A stretch of 64,000 nt of DNA. It comes from Candidatus Kapaibacterium sp. (GTDB lineage: Bacteria; Bacteroidota; Ignavibacteria; Kapaibacteriales; UBA2268). Numbering within the stretch: the stretch's first letter is position 1; each line of letters opens with the position of its first letter. Below the pieces are notes generated by a model. The model was not told the origin of the DNA. It searched no databases and saw only the letters and a program-made list of their open reading frames with translations. Made by a program: the position numbers and the translations under genes. This document shows, one piece after another, positions 39,802-49,580 of the stretch. The stretch spans positions 4,384,001-4,448,000 of the forward strand of contig OY762428.1 of NCBI GenBank assembly GCA_963665665.1, read 5' to 3'.

Positions 39802-40649
39802 TTATGACCATGAAACCAGTTTTTCAGGGGCGATTAATTGCAATTGGAGGCAACGAAGACAAAGTTGATGATTTAATTGTACTAAAACGAGTAATTCAAG
39901 AAATCAGAAACTCCGATTTTAAAATTGCAGTGGTTACTTCTGCAAGTAATGAACCCGAACTTCGCGGTAAAGAATATGAGCAGGTTTTCCTTTCTCTCGG
40001 GGCATCAGAAATTAGAATATTAGATATTCAAACAAGGGCTCAAGCGAATGATGTTGCTATAGCAAATAACATCGATGATGTTGATTTGATTTTTATTGCA
40101 GGTGGCGATCAATTAAGATTGACGTCCATACTTGGTGGATCAAGAGTACTGGACAGTATGCAAAACCAACTTAAAACCGGAGTCCTCATTGCAGGAACAA
40201 GTGCAGGAGCTGCAGTATTTTCAGATACAATGATTTATGAAGGAAATAGTGAAGAAGGATTAATAAAAGGAAAAGTATTGTCTACAACAGGCTTTGGTTT
40301 TGTAGAAAATATTGTCTTTGATACTCATTTCATGTCTAGGGGCCGAATTGGCCGTTTGGTTCAAATTGTTACAACAAACCCGAGCTGCATTGGCATTGGA
40401 ATTGGTGAAGATTCAGGTGTAGTCCTGAAAGGAGATGGAACGATTGAAATAATTGGTTCGGGCCAGGTCATAATAGTTGATGGAAGTGAAATTGTTCATT
40501 CCAATATAATGGATATTGAATATGGTGAGTCAATAGCAGTCGAGAATGTCATCATTCACTCATTAGTGAATGGATATATGTACAATTTTAAAGACAGGTC
40601 ATTTTTAAAACCCAAAAAAGTTATGAATAAGGAGAATATGGATGATTGA
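39774..40649 (+). CDS. cphB: Cyanophycinase
   Basis: IAIGGNED, GGDQLRL, GTSAGA (Ser), DTHF..RGR.GRL, GIGED; true start may be ~39803. Confidence 0.93.
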   Translation: MVTINGDRIIMTMKPVFQGRLIAIGGNEDKVDDLIVLKRVIQEIRNSDFKIAVVTSASNEPELRGKEYEQVFLSLGASEIRILDIQTRAQANDVAIANNIDDVDLIFIAGGDQLRLTSILGGSRVLDSMQNQLKTGVLIAGTSAGAAVFSDTMIYEGNSEEGLIKGKVLSTTGFGFVENIVFDTHFMSRGRIGRLVQIVTTNPSCIGIGIGEDSGVVLKGDGTIEIIGSGQVIIVDGSEIVHSNIMDIEYGESIAVENVIIHSLVNGYMYNFKDRSFLKPKKVMNKENMDD

Positions 40650-43335
40650 GATAAAAGAATTAAGGGCATTACGAGGACCCAATAGGCATACACGGCATCA
40701 CGCTATATTCATGGTTTTAGATATCAAGGAGTATGAAAACAGGCCTTCTGATAAAATCGAAGGGTTTAAGGACAGGCTTTTAGCACTTCTTCCTTCTCTA
40801 AGTGAACATGGTTGCTCAATTGGGAAACCAGGTGGATTTATTCAAAGGCTGCAAACCGGCACATGGGCAGGCCATATTATTGAGCACATAGCCATTGAGC
40901 TTCAATGTCTGGCCGGAATGGATATTGGATATGGAAAAACCCTTGATACTTTACAAGAAGGTGTCTACATAGTTGTTTTCCGTTACCGTGTAGAATCTGC
41001 AGGGTTAAAAGCTGCCAAAGAAGCAGTTTCATTATTTGAAGCAGTTGCAGAGGGAAGGTATTTCGATATGGAAAAGGTTGTTGCAACTCTCAAAATACTG
41101 CGTGAGGATGATATGTTAGGGCCAACTACCTGGAGTATTGTTAAAGAAGCAAAATCAAGAGGCATTCCATTCATTCGTTTAAATGAGAGTAGTTATATTC
41201 AATTAGGGTATGGCTCCCGTCAAAAAAGAATTCAAGCTTCTATTACAAGCCAAACTAATGCTATTGCTGTAGAAGCAGCTGATGAGAAGACCAGAATTAA
41301 AAAGCACTTGAAAAGATCCGGAATCCCTGTCCCATATGGCCAAATGGTTACTACTGAAGAAAAAGCAATTGAGGTTTTCAATGAAATTGGAGCCGCTGTT
41401 GTCGTTAAACCAGATGTAGGTAATCACGGTACGGGGACAACTATAAATATTTCTGATTTAGATCAATTAAAGGATTCTTTTAGAGTAGCCCAGGCGAAAC
41501 ATCCTAATGTAATTGTTGAAGAGTTCGTAAAAGGTTATGATTTCCGTTTTCTGGTTATTGATGGGAAGTTAGTTGCTGCTTCCAGGCGAGAACCGGCACA
41601 TATTATTGGTGATGGAAAATCTTCAATCAAAGAACTAATAGAAATAACTAATTCTGATCCATTGCGAGGATTTGGCCATGAAAAAGTTCTAACCCGGATT
41701 GAAATAGATAAGATGTCTGAAAGGATATTATCCTATGAAGGATTAACTAAGGATTCATGCCCTGCTGCAGGAGACAAAATATACTTAAAAGCAATTGCTA
41801 ATATCAGTCAGGGTGGTACCGCCACGGATGTTACAAATGAAGTAAGCCCATCTATACGCCTAATGGTTGAAAGAACAGCAAAAATAATAGGACTGGATTG
41901 TGTGGGAGTTGATGCATTGGCCACCAACATATCGTTACCAATAGTACAATCGGGTATAAAAGTCGTCGAAGTGAATGCAGCACCAGGCTTTAGAATGCAT
42001 TTAGAGCCAACAACTGGCCAACCCAGGAACGTAGCCAAACCATTAGTTGATATGTTATTCCCGGATGGCTATACTCAAATTCCCGTTTTGGCAGTTACAG
42101 GAACAAATGGTAAAACAACAACTTGTAAGTTAATTTCCCACACCTTGAAATATTCGGGGAAAAAAGTAGGTTTGGCTTGTACTACCGGCATACTCATTGA
42201 CGGTACCTCTATTATATCAGGCGACTATAGCGGTCCTGAAGGTGCTGGTATTGTTATCAGAGAACCAACCGTTGATCATATAGTATTGGAAGTAGCAAGA
42301 GGGGGAATCGTTAGACGCGGACTAGGAGTAGAGGAAATTGATGTGGGAGTCCTGCTAAATATCGGGAGTGATCATTTAGGGACAGACTGGATTGAAACAC
42401 AGGAAGATTTAAATCTAGTAAAGTCGACTGTATTAGAAGTTGTTAAAGAATCAGGAACTTCTGTATTAAATGCAGATGATAATGAAACAATGAGTGTTTT
42501 GAATCGTGCCCGGGGAAATATTATTTTATTTTCATTAGTTCAAAATAATCAGATACTTATTAATCATGTAAATGAAGAAGGAACTGTAGTCACTATAGAT
42601 AAAGAAAATGTTATTATTAGAAATAGTCAATTAGATATAGTAGTATGTACCCTGGAAGAAATCCCCATTACTTTTAATGGAATCATTGACTTTAATATAT
42701 CCAATTCTCTTGCTGCAATTGGGGCACTACATGGCTTAAACCTGCCAATAGAGCAAATTAGAAATGGGATTTTGACATTTTATCCTTCTGCGAACCAAAA
42801 TCCCGGACGAATGAATTTGTTTGACTTTCATAGATATAAGGTGCTTGTTGATTATGGTCATAATCCAGACTCAGTCCGAGCACTTGCAAGGTTGCTGCCT
42901 CGTATGTCTAAAGGTCGAAAAATTGCTTTATGCCATGGTACAGGTAGTAGAACTGATAAACAAATTATTGAGTATGGCAATGCCCTGGCTCTGGTTTATG
43001 ATTATATAGTTCTGGCAGATTTTGATCCTCGACAAAGGCCTTTAGGAGAAACACCGATGCTTGTACATGCGGGATTGATAAACGCAGGTTTTCATGAGGA
43101 AAACATTGAAATATTTCCAGATACAGAAAAAGCTGTTGATTACATTTTTTCAAAAGTTAAAGATGGAGATATATTAGTTATTCAACCCGATGAACTTGAG
43201 CCAGTAATGAGTCAGGTAATGGACAGATTTAAAAATATCAAACTAACAAATGGCAGACAAAAAGAGCATATAAATGTTAATAGGGTATTAACAACAGCGA
43301 TTCCTAAAAATAAAAATCTCAACATAGAGAATTGA
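40642..43335 (+). CDS. cphA: Cyanophycin synthetase CphA1
   Basis: LRGPN N domain, ATP-grasp (VKPDVGNHG, EVNAAPG), Mur-like domain (VTGTNGKTT, NPGRMN, DYGHN). Confidence 0.96.
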   Translation: MIEIKELRALRGPNRHTRHHAIFMVLDIKEYENRPSDKIEGFKDRLLALLPSLSEHGCSIGKPGGFIQRLQTGTWAGHIIEHIAIELQCLAGMDIGYGKTLDTLQEGVYIVVFRYRVESAGLKAAKEAVSLFEAVAEGRYFDMEKVVATLKILREDDMLGPTTWSIVKEAKSRGIPFIRLNESSYIQLGYGSRQKRIQASITSQTNAIAVEAADEKTRIKKHLKRSGIPVPYGQMVTTEEKAIEVFNEIGAAVVVKPDVGNHGTGTTINISDLDQLKDSFRVAQAKHPNVIVEEFVKGYDFRFLVIDGKLVAASRREPAHIIGDGKSSIKELIEITNSDPLRGFGHEKVLTRIEIDKMSERILSYEGLTKDSCPAAGDKIYLKAIANISQGGTATDVTNEVSPSIRLMVERTAKIIGLDCVGVDALATNISLPIVQSGIKVVEVNAAPGFRMHLEPTTGQPRNVAKPLVDMLFPDGYTQIPVLAVTGTNGKTTTCKLISHTLKYSGKKVGLACTTGILIDGTSIISGDYSGPEGAGIVIREPTVDHIVLEVARGGIVRRGLGVEEIDVGVLLNIGSDHLGTDWIETQEDLNLVKSTVLEVVKESGTSVLNADDNETMSVLNRARGNIILFSLVQNNQILINHVNEEGTVVTIDKENVIIRNSQLDIVVCTLEEIPITFNGIIDFNISNSLAAIGALHGLNLPIEQIRNGILTFYPSANQNPGRMNLFDFHRYKVLVDYGHNPDSVRALARLLPRMSKGRKIALCHGTGSRTDKQIIEYGNALALVYDYIVLADFDPRQRPLGETPMLVHAGLINAGFHEENIEIFPDTEKAVDYIFSKVKDGDILVIQPDELEPVMSQVMDRFKNIKLTNGRQKEHINVNRVLTTAIPKNKNLNIEN

Positions 43336-43375
43336 TATTATAATTATTATTTAAACAAAAATATTGGGACAAATC

Positions 43376-43488
43376 ATGAAAATAAATGAAATAGTTCAAT
43401 TTGAACCGATTAAAGTAGTTGGAATATTTGAATACGAACCCTATTCTATTATAAGATAAAATATAATAATAAAATCTTCAAGTAATGA
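43376..43488 (+). pseudogene. Relic 5' fragment of a cupin paralog
   Basis: MKINE...GIFEYEPYSIIR*NIIIKSS resembles EIIEYEPHSVISKTIINKTT of 33924-34262. Confidence 0.5.
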
Positions 43489-45812
43489 AAGACTATAAAA
43501 TGAAAAATCAAATAAAAAAAACAAATATCAAGCGTGTGGCATTTATTGGGAACTACTTGCCGCGCATGTGTGGAATAGCAACATTTACAACAGACTTGAG
43601 TGAAGCTATAGCTGCTGAATATCCAAATACAGCTTGCATTGCCGTACCTGTAAATGATATCGAAGGATATAAGTATCCTCCAAGGGTAAGGTTTGAATTA
43701 ACTGAAAGGGAAATTGAATCTTATCGCAGGGCATCGGATTTTTTGAACATTAATGATGTCGATATCGCATGCCTTCAATTTGAGTATGGCATATTCGGTG
43801 GCAAGGCGGGAAGCTACATTATTGCTCTTATGAGTGAGCTGCGAATGCCAATTGTAACTACATTACATACAATTCTTCGGGATCCCAACAATGAACAGCG
43901 GTCAGTGTTGGGTAAAGTAGCAGTCCTCTCGGACAGACTGGTTGTTATGAGTAAACGGGGCTCGGATTTTTTACAGGAAATTTATAATGTTCCGGCAGAT
44001 AAGATAGACCTAATTCACCACGGTATTCCGGACGTTCCTTTTATTGACCCGAGTTTCCATAAAGACAAGTTCAGCGTTGAAGGGAAAATAGTTTTGCTCA
44101 GTTTCGGCTTGCTATCCCCGAGTAAAGGTTATGAGAATGTCATTTCTGCTCTACCAAAAATATTGGAACAGTATCCGAATGTCGTATATATTATTGTTGG
44201 CGAGACTCATCCGCATGTAAAAAGGCAGGATGGAGAAGCTTATCGACTATCTCTGCAATGGTTGGCACAGGAAAAAGGCGTAGAAAACAATGTGATTTTT
44301 TATAACCGTTTTGTTAGTATAGAAGAACTAGTACAGTTTATAAGTGCGGCAGATATTTATCTTACTCCTTATCTAAATGAAGCACAGATTACTTCGGGAA
44401 CACTGGCATACACACTAGGTGCAGGAAAGGCAATAATATCGACACCTTATTGGTATGCCGAGGAAATGCTTGCAGAGGGAAGGGGGGTTCTGGTGCCATT
44501 TCATGATTACGAAGCTATTTCTGAACAAGTTGTCAGATTATTGTACGATGAAGAAAGCCGCCATGCAATGCGTAAAAGAGCGTATATATTAGGCAGGGAA
44601 ATGATATGGCCTAAAGCCGCACAAAGCTATATGAAGAGTTTTCAAACAGCTCGTAACGAACGAATGTATTCAACAAATATGCCGATACCATTAGTAAAGC
44701 CAATAAACGAAAAACAAGTGGATTTACCGCAACTTAAACTTGATCACTTATTGAGAATGACAGATAGTACCGGGATATTGCAACATTCGATTTTTTCTGT
44801 ACCAAATTATGAAGAAGGATATACAATTGACGACAATTCCAGAGCGCTGATTGTTAGCATCCTTATGGAATCATTATTTGATGGTGAAGCAACTAAACTG
44901 GCTTCTCGATACCTTGCATTTATATTATATGCATTCAATACTGATAACGGGAGATTCAGAAATTTTCTGAATTTCCAACGACAATGGCTGGAAGAAAGTG
45001 GCTCAGATGACAGCCATGGAAGAACATTATGGGCTTTGGGAACTGTATTAGGAAAATCTAAAACAGCATCATTTAAAAGATTAGCTGGTTGGCTGTTCGA
45101 ACAGGCTTTGCCGGCTATAACAGATATGACAAGTCCACGTGCATGGTCATTTGCTTTGATGGGCATCAACGAGTATTCCCATCGTTATAACGGCGACAGC
45201 AGGGTAAGTCATATTCGAATCGAATTAGCAAACCGATTATTAAATTTGTATAAAAAAAATAGAACTGATGATTGGAAATGGTTCGAAAATAGTCTTACTT
45301 ACTGCAATGCAGCATTATCACATGCATTGCTGATTTCAGGGAATTCGATTCCTAACAATGCGATGAAAGAAGCCGGTCTTGAATCTCTCAGATGGTTGGT
45401 TGATTTACAGATGTCAGATTTTAATGTCAGCCATTTTGTACCAATAGGCTCAAATGGGTTTTATCAAAAAGGCGGAGAACGGGCACGATTTGATCAACAA
45501 CCGGTTGAGGCGCAAGCCATGGTATCCGCCTGCCTCGAAGCATTTAAAATTACCGAAGAGAAATTTTGGCTTAAAAAAGCCCGCCTGGCTTTTGAATGGT
45601 TTCTTGGAAGAAATGATTTAAACTTGTCAATTTATGATCCCATTTCAGGCGGTTGTCGGGATGGATTGCATTCTGACAGATTAAACGAAAATCAAGGTGC
45701 AGAATCAACTTTATCATTTTTACAATCATCACTCGAAATTCGATTAAAAGAAAATGCAATATTAACTTTGGAAAAACATTATAATGAACAATCAATATCC
45801 CGAACTTCTTAA
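43485..45812 (+). CDS. GT4 glycosyltransferase fused to a six-hairpin glycosidase-like domain
   Basis: PRMCGIATFT, FGLLSPSKG, QITSGTL; C-terminal DDNSRAL, FDQQP, NQGAEST. Confidence 0.88.
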   Translation: MKDYKMKNQIKKTNIKRVAFIGNYLPRMCGIATFTTDLSEAIAAEYPNTACIAVPVNDIEGYKYPPRVRFELTEREIESYRRASDFLNINDVDIACLQFEYGIFGGKAGSYIIALMSELRMPIVTTLHTILRDPNNEQRSVLGKVAVLSDRLVVMSKRGSDFLQEIYNVPADKIDLIHHGIPDVPFIDPSFHKDKFSVEGKIVLLSFGLLSPSKGYENVISALPKILEQYPNVVYIIVGETHPHVKRQDGEAYRLSLQWLAQEKGVENNVIFYNRFVSIEELVQFISAADIYLTPYLNEAQITSGTLAYTLGAGKAIISTPYWYAEEMLAEGRGVLVPFHDYEAISEQVVRLLYDEESRHAMRKRAYILGREMIWPKAAQSYMKSFQTARNERMYSTNMPIPLVKPINEKQVDLPQLKLDHLLRMTDSTGILQHSIFSVPNYEEGYTIDDNSRALIVSILMESLFDGEATKLASRYLAFILYAFNTDNGRFRNFLNFQRQWLEESGSDDSHGRTLWALGTVLGKSKTASFKRLAGWLFEQALPAITDMTSPRAWSFALMGINEYSHRYNGDSRVSHIRIELANRLLNLYKKNRTDDWKWFENSLTYCNAALSHALLISGNSIPNNAMKEAGLESLRWLVDLQMSDFNVSHFVPIGSNGFYQKGGERARFDQQPVEAQAMVSACLEAFKITEEKFWLKKARLAFEWFLGRNDLNLSIYDPISGGCRDGLHSDRLNENQGAESTLSFLQSSLEIRLKENAILTLEKHYNEQSISRTS

Positions 45813-46725
45813 GCGAAACGAAAAAAATCCAATACTCACTGCAGATAATTGGACATATCCTGTTAACAGTGTATTTAACCCTGCCGCGGTTTTATTGCAA
45901 GATGGAACGACTCTGCTTTTATGTAGGGTTGAAGACAGGAACGGCAGGTCGCATCTTTGTGCAGCACGTTCGGTAAATGGAGTAGACGGATGGATTATAG
46001 ATAAAAAACCTACAATGATGCCGGAACCCAAAAAATACCCTGAGGAAATATGGGGAATTGAAGACCCTAGGATAACCTGGATACCGGAATTGAGTAAATT
46101 TGCACTCGTTTACACTGCCTATTCACGGGGCGGACCGGGAGTGGCATTAGCCTTTACCAAAGATTTTCTTTCTTTTGAACGATATGGCATAATCATGCAA
46201 CCTGACGACAAAGATGCAGCTTTGCTGCCACACAGGATAGGTGGGCATTGGGCATTAATACATCGTCCCATAAGTTCTAACAGAGCACATATCTGGATTT
46301 CCTACTCGCCGGATCTGCGTCATTGGGGAAGTCATAAATTAATATTAGAAGCAAGGAAGGGCGGTTGGTGGGATGCTAATAAAATCGGTTTGTCAACTCC
46401 ACCAATAAAGACTGAAGAAGGATGGTTGCTGATTTATCATGGTGTGAAGCAAAATGCGTCGGGTTGTATTTACAGGCTGGGACTTGCCTTATTTGATATA
46501 AAAAAACCTGAACTTTGTATTAAAAGATGTAATGATTGGATGTTTGGCCCTCAAGAACCTTATGAGCAGGAAGGCGATGTAAACAAAGTTGTCTTTCCCT
46601 GTGGCTATACTATTGCTTCTGATGGAGACACGATAAATATATATTATGGGGCTGCCGATATGTGTATTGCTCTTGCTACCGCAAGTATAAAGGAATTACT
46701 GGGATGGCTTAATAAGCAAGATTAA
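45784..46725 (+). CDS. GH130-like glycosidase/phosphorylase
   Basis: NPIL, VFNPAA, GIEDPRI, DKDAAL, VVFPCG, YYGAAD. Confidence 0.9.
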   Translation: MNNQYPELLKRNEKNPILTADNWTYPVNSVFNPAAVLLQDGTTLLLCRVEDRNGRSHLCAARSVNGVDGWIIDKKPTMMPEPKKYPEEIWGIEDPRITWIPELSKFALVYTAYSRGGPGVALAFTKDFLSFERYGIIMQPDDKDAALLPHRIGGHWALIHRPISSNRAHIWISYSPDLRHWGSHKLILEARKGGWWDANKIGLSTPPIKTEEGWLLIYHGVKQNASGCIYRLGLALFDIKKPELCIKRCNDWMFGPQEPYEQEGDVNKVVFPCGYTIASDGDTINIYYGAADMCIALATASIKELLGWLNKQD

Positions 46726-46880
46726 AATCAGGACTCTGGATATTCTTTTTGTATATAAAAAAGCTTCATCAGTGAATGGAATGGAAGGTTTAGAACACAG
46801 CTTCAAAACCATCGAAAGTATGGTTTTTTCTCGGATGGTTAGAGTTGAAATCAAGGAATTTCCATAATGATTACTTCTCA

Positions 46881-47153
46881 TCACCCCATCTCCCTAAAAA
46901 TCTTACCTACAACCCGTTCATTCATGCCAAGCTCCCTGGCAATCTTTTTGATCGGTATTTCTTTAGCATTGGCTTTTATGTATCGCTCTACCAGAGAGCG
47001 GAGAGATGTAAACATCGGGATCGAGACAGTTATTCCTCCCAATTCTCGGATAAGGGTTCTGGCCGTTTCAATACCGCAGGTTTCTGAAACTATCTGAAAA
47101 TGTTCCGGTAAGTCCTGTTCTTCAAGTAAGTTGATTATTTTGTCGTTTCTCAT
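46881..47153 (-). CDS. Mor/C-family transcription activator
   Basis: GIETARTLIRELGGITVSIP plus C-terminal HTH IKKIARELGMNERVV. Confidence 0.85.
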   Translation of the reverse strand: MRNDKIINLLEEQDLPEHFQIVSETCGIETARTLIRELGGITVSIPMFTSLRSLVERYIKANAKEIPIKKIARELGMNERVVGKIFREMG

Positions 47154-47189
47154 TTATCTTCCTCTTTATTAATGATTCTTTGATACTAA

Positions 47190-47216
47190 GACTGACAGAT
47201 TCTAAGTCTGTCAGTC
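47190..47216. terminator. Hairpin between helicase and Mor genes
   Basis: GACTGACAGA-ttctaag-TCTGTCAGTC. Confidence 0.55.
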
Positions 47217-47240
47217 GGTGAAATTAATATGTATATGCTG

Positions 47241-49073
47241 CTAAAAGCCTACGTCCTCGTCGTTTTTGTCCTCCCATGCTGTCAGCCAATCAGAAGGATA
47301 ACCCTCGTCGCAAAGTTTTACGTACTTATCCAGCTCATTGGATTTATTTCTACTGTCCTTTTCGATATAGCGTTGACAGGATACATCAAAATCGAACTTG
47401 GAGAAGCCGGTTTTCCCGATGAACTTGTGCTTAACCTTCTGAACGTAAACAATCGGATAGCTCGTTGTAAAATCCTCTGAGAACTGCCTGTACACCACCA
47501 TTCCATTGTCAGCTATGTTGAACCAGTTTGCCGAGCCGGAAATATCGTACAGAGTCGGCACTTCAAACAGCTTGCTGTCTTTTTTCCTTTGCATTTTCCG
47601 GGGGTGTGCGACCAGTACCAGGTGGATATCATGTATCCTTGCAAAGTATTTGAGCTGATTGAGGACTTTTCCGGTATAAATGGTTTCAGAATCGCTTCCA
47701 TACTGATGCTCGAGAGTATTCCATGGATCAAGTATAAGCCCTTTTATACCATGCTTTAGAACCAATCCGCTTGCAGCTTCAAGGATCCTCTCAAGCCTGT
47801 ATTCCTCATTATCAGGGAGGATAAAGAATATCTGATCATTTATGAAATCCCGGGCTTTTTCCATTTCTTCCATTGTCATGCGATTGTTGTACTCCTTCAG
47901 AAAAGGTTTGCCAACCAAGATTTCACATAACCTGAGTAAATGGATCTCGATCGTGGCATTCTCCGGAGAAAATATTCCCCAACGCCAACTGTGATTGATA
48001 GCAAGCTTAATCATCAGCTGATCCATGAAATTACTTTTACCATGAGAAGGAATTCCGGTAACAATTGTAAGCTGTGAACCATAGAAGGTCATCAGCTCGT
48101 CAAATTCCGGATACCCTGACTTTGCTCCCTGTGGAAATCCATTCTCGTACAAATCCTTTAGCTCTGCCATACGGTCATTGGCGTAGTGAACACCTTCGAC
48201 AGGATACATTTCAGCTTTCTCAATACATTCCCTGAGCTTATTCTTTCCATGCTTCATCAGGACTTCGTTTGCATCCTTGCAGTCGTTTGGATAGCGAACT
48301 ATCCAGGTGCGGTTTTTACCAAGCCTTCGGGCAAGTTCTTCTTTTAACCTTATTCCCGGACCATCAGAATCGGTAGCTATGTAAATCTTCCGGATATTCC
48401 TGAAATACTCCGAGCAGTTATCAAGGTATGTAAGCTTTGTATGTATCTGCTTTACATCCGGATTTATACCGCCATCAGGAACAGAAATAGCATTCCTGAA
48501 ACCGGCCACTTCGAATGAGAGTGCATCCATTTCCCCCTCGGTTATTATGCACTCTGTCTGATCTTTGATGTCATTCAGTTTATAGAAAATCTTGCTACCA
48601 CCTTTGACCTGCTGAAACACCTTTTGCCCATTCCGGTATTTAATGTTAACCAGCTTGTCGTCAAGATAGTAATTGAAGCAAATACAAGTATCTTCCTTGT
48701 TTAGTTGGGAGAGAAAGACTTTCTCAACAGTAATCTTGTTCCTATCCACAACTGCCTTTGGAATTTTCCTCATCTCAAAGAACTGATATACCTTATCCGA
48801 AGGAGATAAGGCATTGGATGTTATTGGTTTGGGTACAAATACTTTATGATTCTCCTGCTCATATAATCCCCCGGCATATCCGCAATGATGGCAGAACCAA
48901 GTACCTTTATCAACATTAACCGCCAGGCATTTGATGTTTTTATGAGACGGTTTCCGATATGGGGAACATTTAGGACAGGTAGTCCTCTGTTCACCGCCAC
49001 GGTTTATATTAATTCCGCTTATATTAAAATCTTCATATTGTCTGTTCATAAGCATATCTCTTGATTGTATCAA
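47241..49073 (-). CDS. T7 gp4/Twinkle-like primase-helicase
   Basis: Zn finger CPKC...CHHC, TOPRIM ITEGEMD / ATDSDGPG, SF4 TGIPSHGKS, LDPWN, LVAHPRK. Confidence 0.92.
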   Translation of the reverse strand: MIQSRDMLMNRQYEDFNISGININRGGEQRTTCPKCSPYRKPSHKNIKCLAVNVDKGTWFCHHCGYAGGLYEQENHKVFVPKPITSNALSPSDKVYQFFEMRKIPKAVVDRNKITVEKVFLSQLNKEDTCICFNYYLDDKLVNIKYRNGQKVFQQVKGGSKIFYKLNDIKDQTECIITEGEMDALSFEVAGFRNAISVPDGGINPDVKQIHTKLTYLDNCSEYFRNIRKIYIATDSDGPGIRLKEELARRLGKNRTWIVRYPNDCKDANEVLMKHGKNKLRECIEKAEMYPVEGVHYANDRMAELKDLYENGFPQGAKSGYPEFDELMTFYGSQLTIVTGIPSHGKSNFMDQLMIKLAINHSWRWGIFSPENATIEIHLLRLCEILVGKPFLKEYNNRMTMEEMEKARDFINDQIFFILPDNEEYRLERILEAASGLVLKHGIKGLILDPWNTLEHQYGSDSETIYTGKVLNQLKYFARIHDIHLVLVAHPRKMQRKKDSKLFEVPTLYDISGSANWFNIADNGMVVYRQFSEDFTTSYPIVYVQKVKHKFIGKTGFSKFDFDVSCQRYIEKDSRNKSNELDKYVKLCDEGYPSDWLTAWEDKNDEDVGF

Positions 49074-49236
49074 TGAAAGCTAACTCTGCAGCTTCTTCTG
49101 CATTCATACCGCCATCGAACTCCATGAGAGCCGCTCTTTCCTGGAAGATAAAAAAGTCAATCTCCGGAAAGAGTTTCTTCCTGTACTTCTCATCAAGTTT
49201 GATGTATTTTTTATCTACTTCAATTTTCTGCTTCAT
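49033..49236 (-). CDS. Small hypothetical protein
   Basis: FQERAALMEFDGG...EAAELA motif, often seen beside phage primases. Confidence 0.65.
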   Translation of the reverse strand: MKQKIEVDKKYIKLDEKYRKKLFPEIDFFIFQERAALMEFDGGMNAEEAAELAFIDTIKRYAYEQTI

Positions 49237-49286
49237 ATCATAGCTTCCATAGAATCATTTTTCAATTATTAAACCCACTGTGTGGG

Positions 49287-49580
49287 TCATAAGACCATGT
49301 TTTCATGTGAAAAAAGTTTATTCTTAAATTCCAGAATATTTGCCGGCATCCATGTATTGTACGGCCAATTCATTGAGAATTCCAGCAATGTTTTCTCGAA
49401 CTCCTGTTTTGACCATTCCTGTTTCTGCATCAGCTCGAAAGTGAAATCCACTTTCTTGCGGAACCTGCTGCCGTCATTCAGAAGATCCTGGTCAGGAAAC
49501 AGTGAATCCATTATTGCCAGGAGTTCATTCTTCTGCTGTAATCCAAGCCGGTCTTTGGACTTTTGCTTTGCCTGAGCCAT
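49287..49580 (-). CDS. Hypothetical replication-region protein
   Basis: 97 aa, overlaps the initiator 3' end, GGAGG RBS. Confidence 0.6.
   Translation of the reverse strand: MAQAKQKSKDRLGLQQKNELLAIMDSLFPDQDLLNDGSRFRKKVDFTFELMQKQEWSKQEFEKTLLEFSMNWPYNTWMPANILEFKNKLFSHENMVL

Larger units (their letters stand above)
32280..46730 (+). other. Host-derived stress/cyanophycin cargo island
   Basis: Co-oriented metabolic and stress genes, visibly more AT-rich than the phage genes, flanked by phage genes on both sides. Borders approximate. Confidence 0.75.

Noticed and set aside
32070-47440. Diversity-generating retroelement (Avd-like gene plus a TR/VR-like repeat pair)
   Set aside because: No reverse transcriptase in the window. 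Differences between the copies are not adenine-specific and are largely synonymous, and the target would be a helicase.
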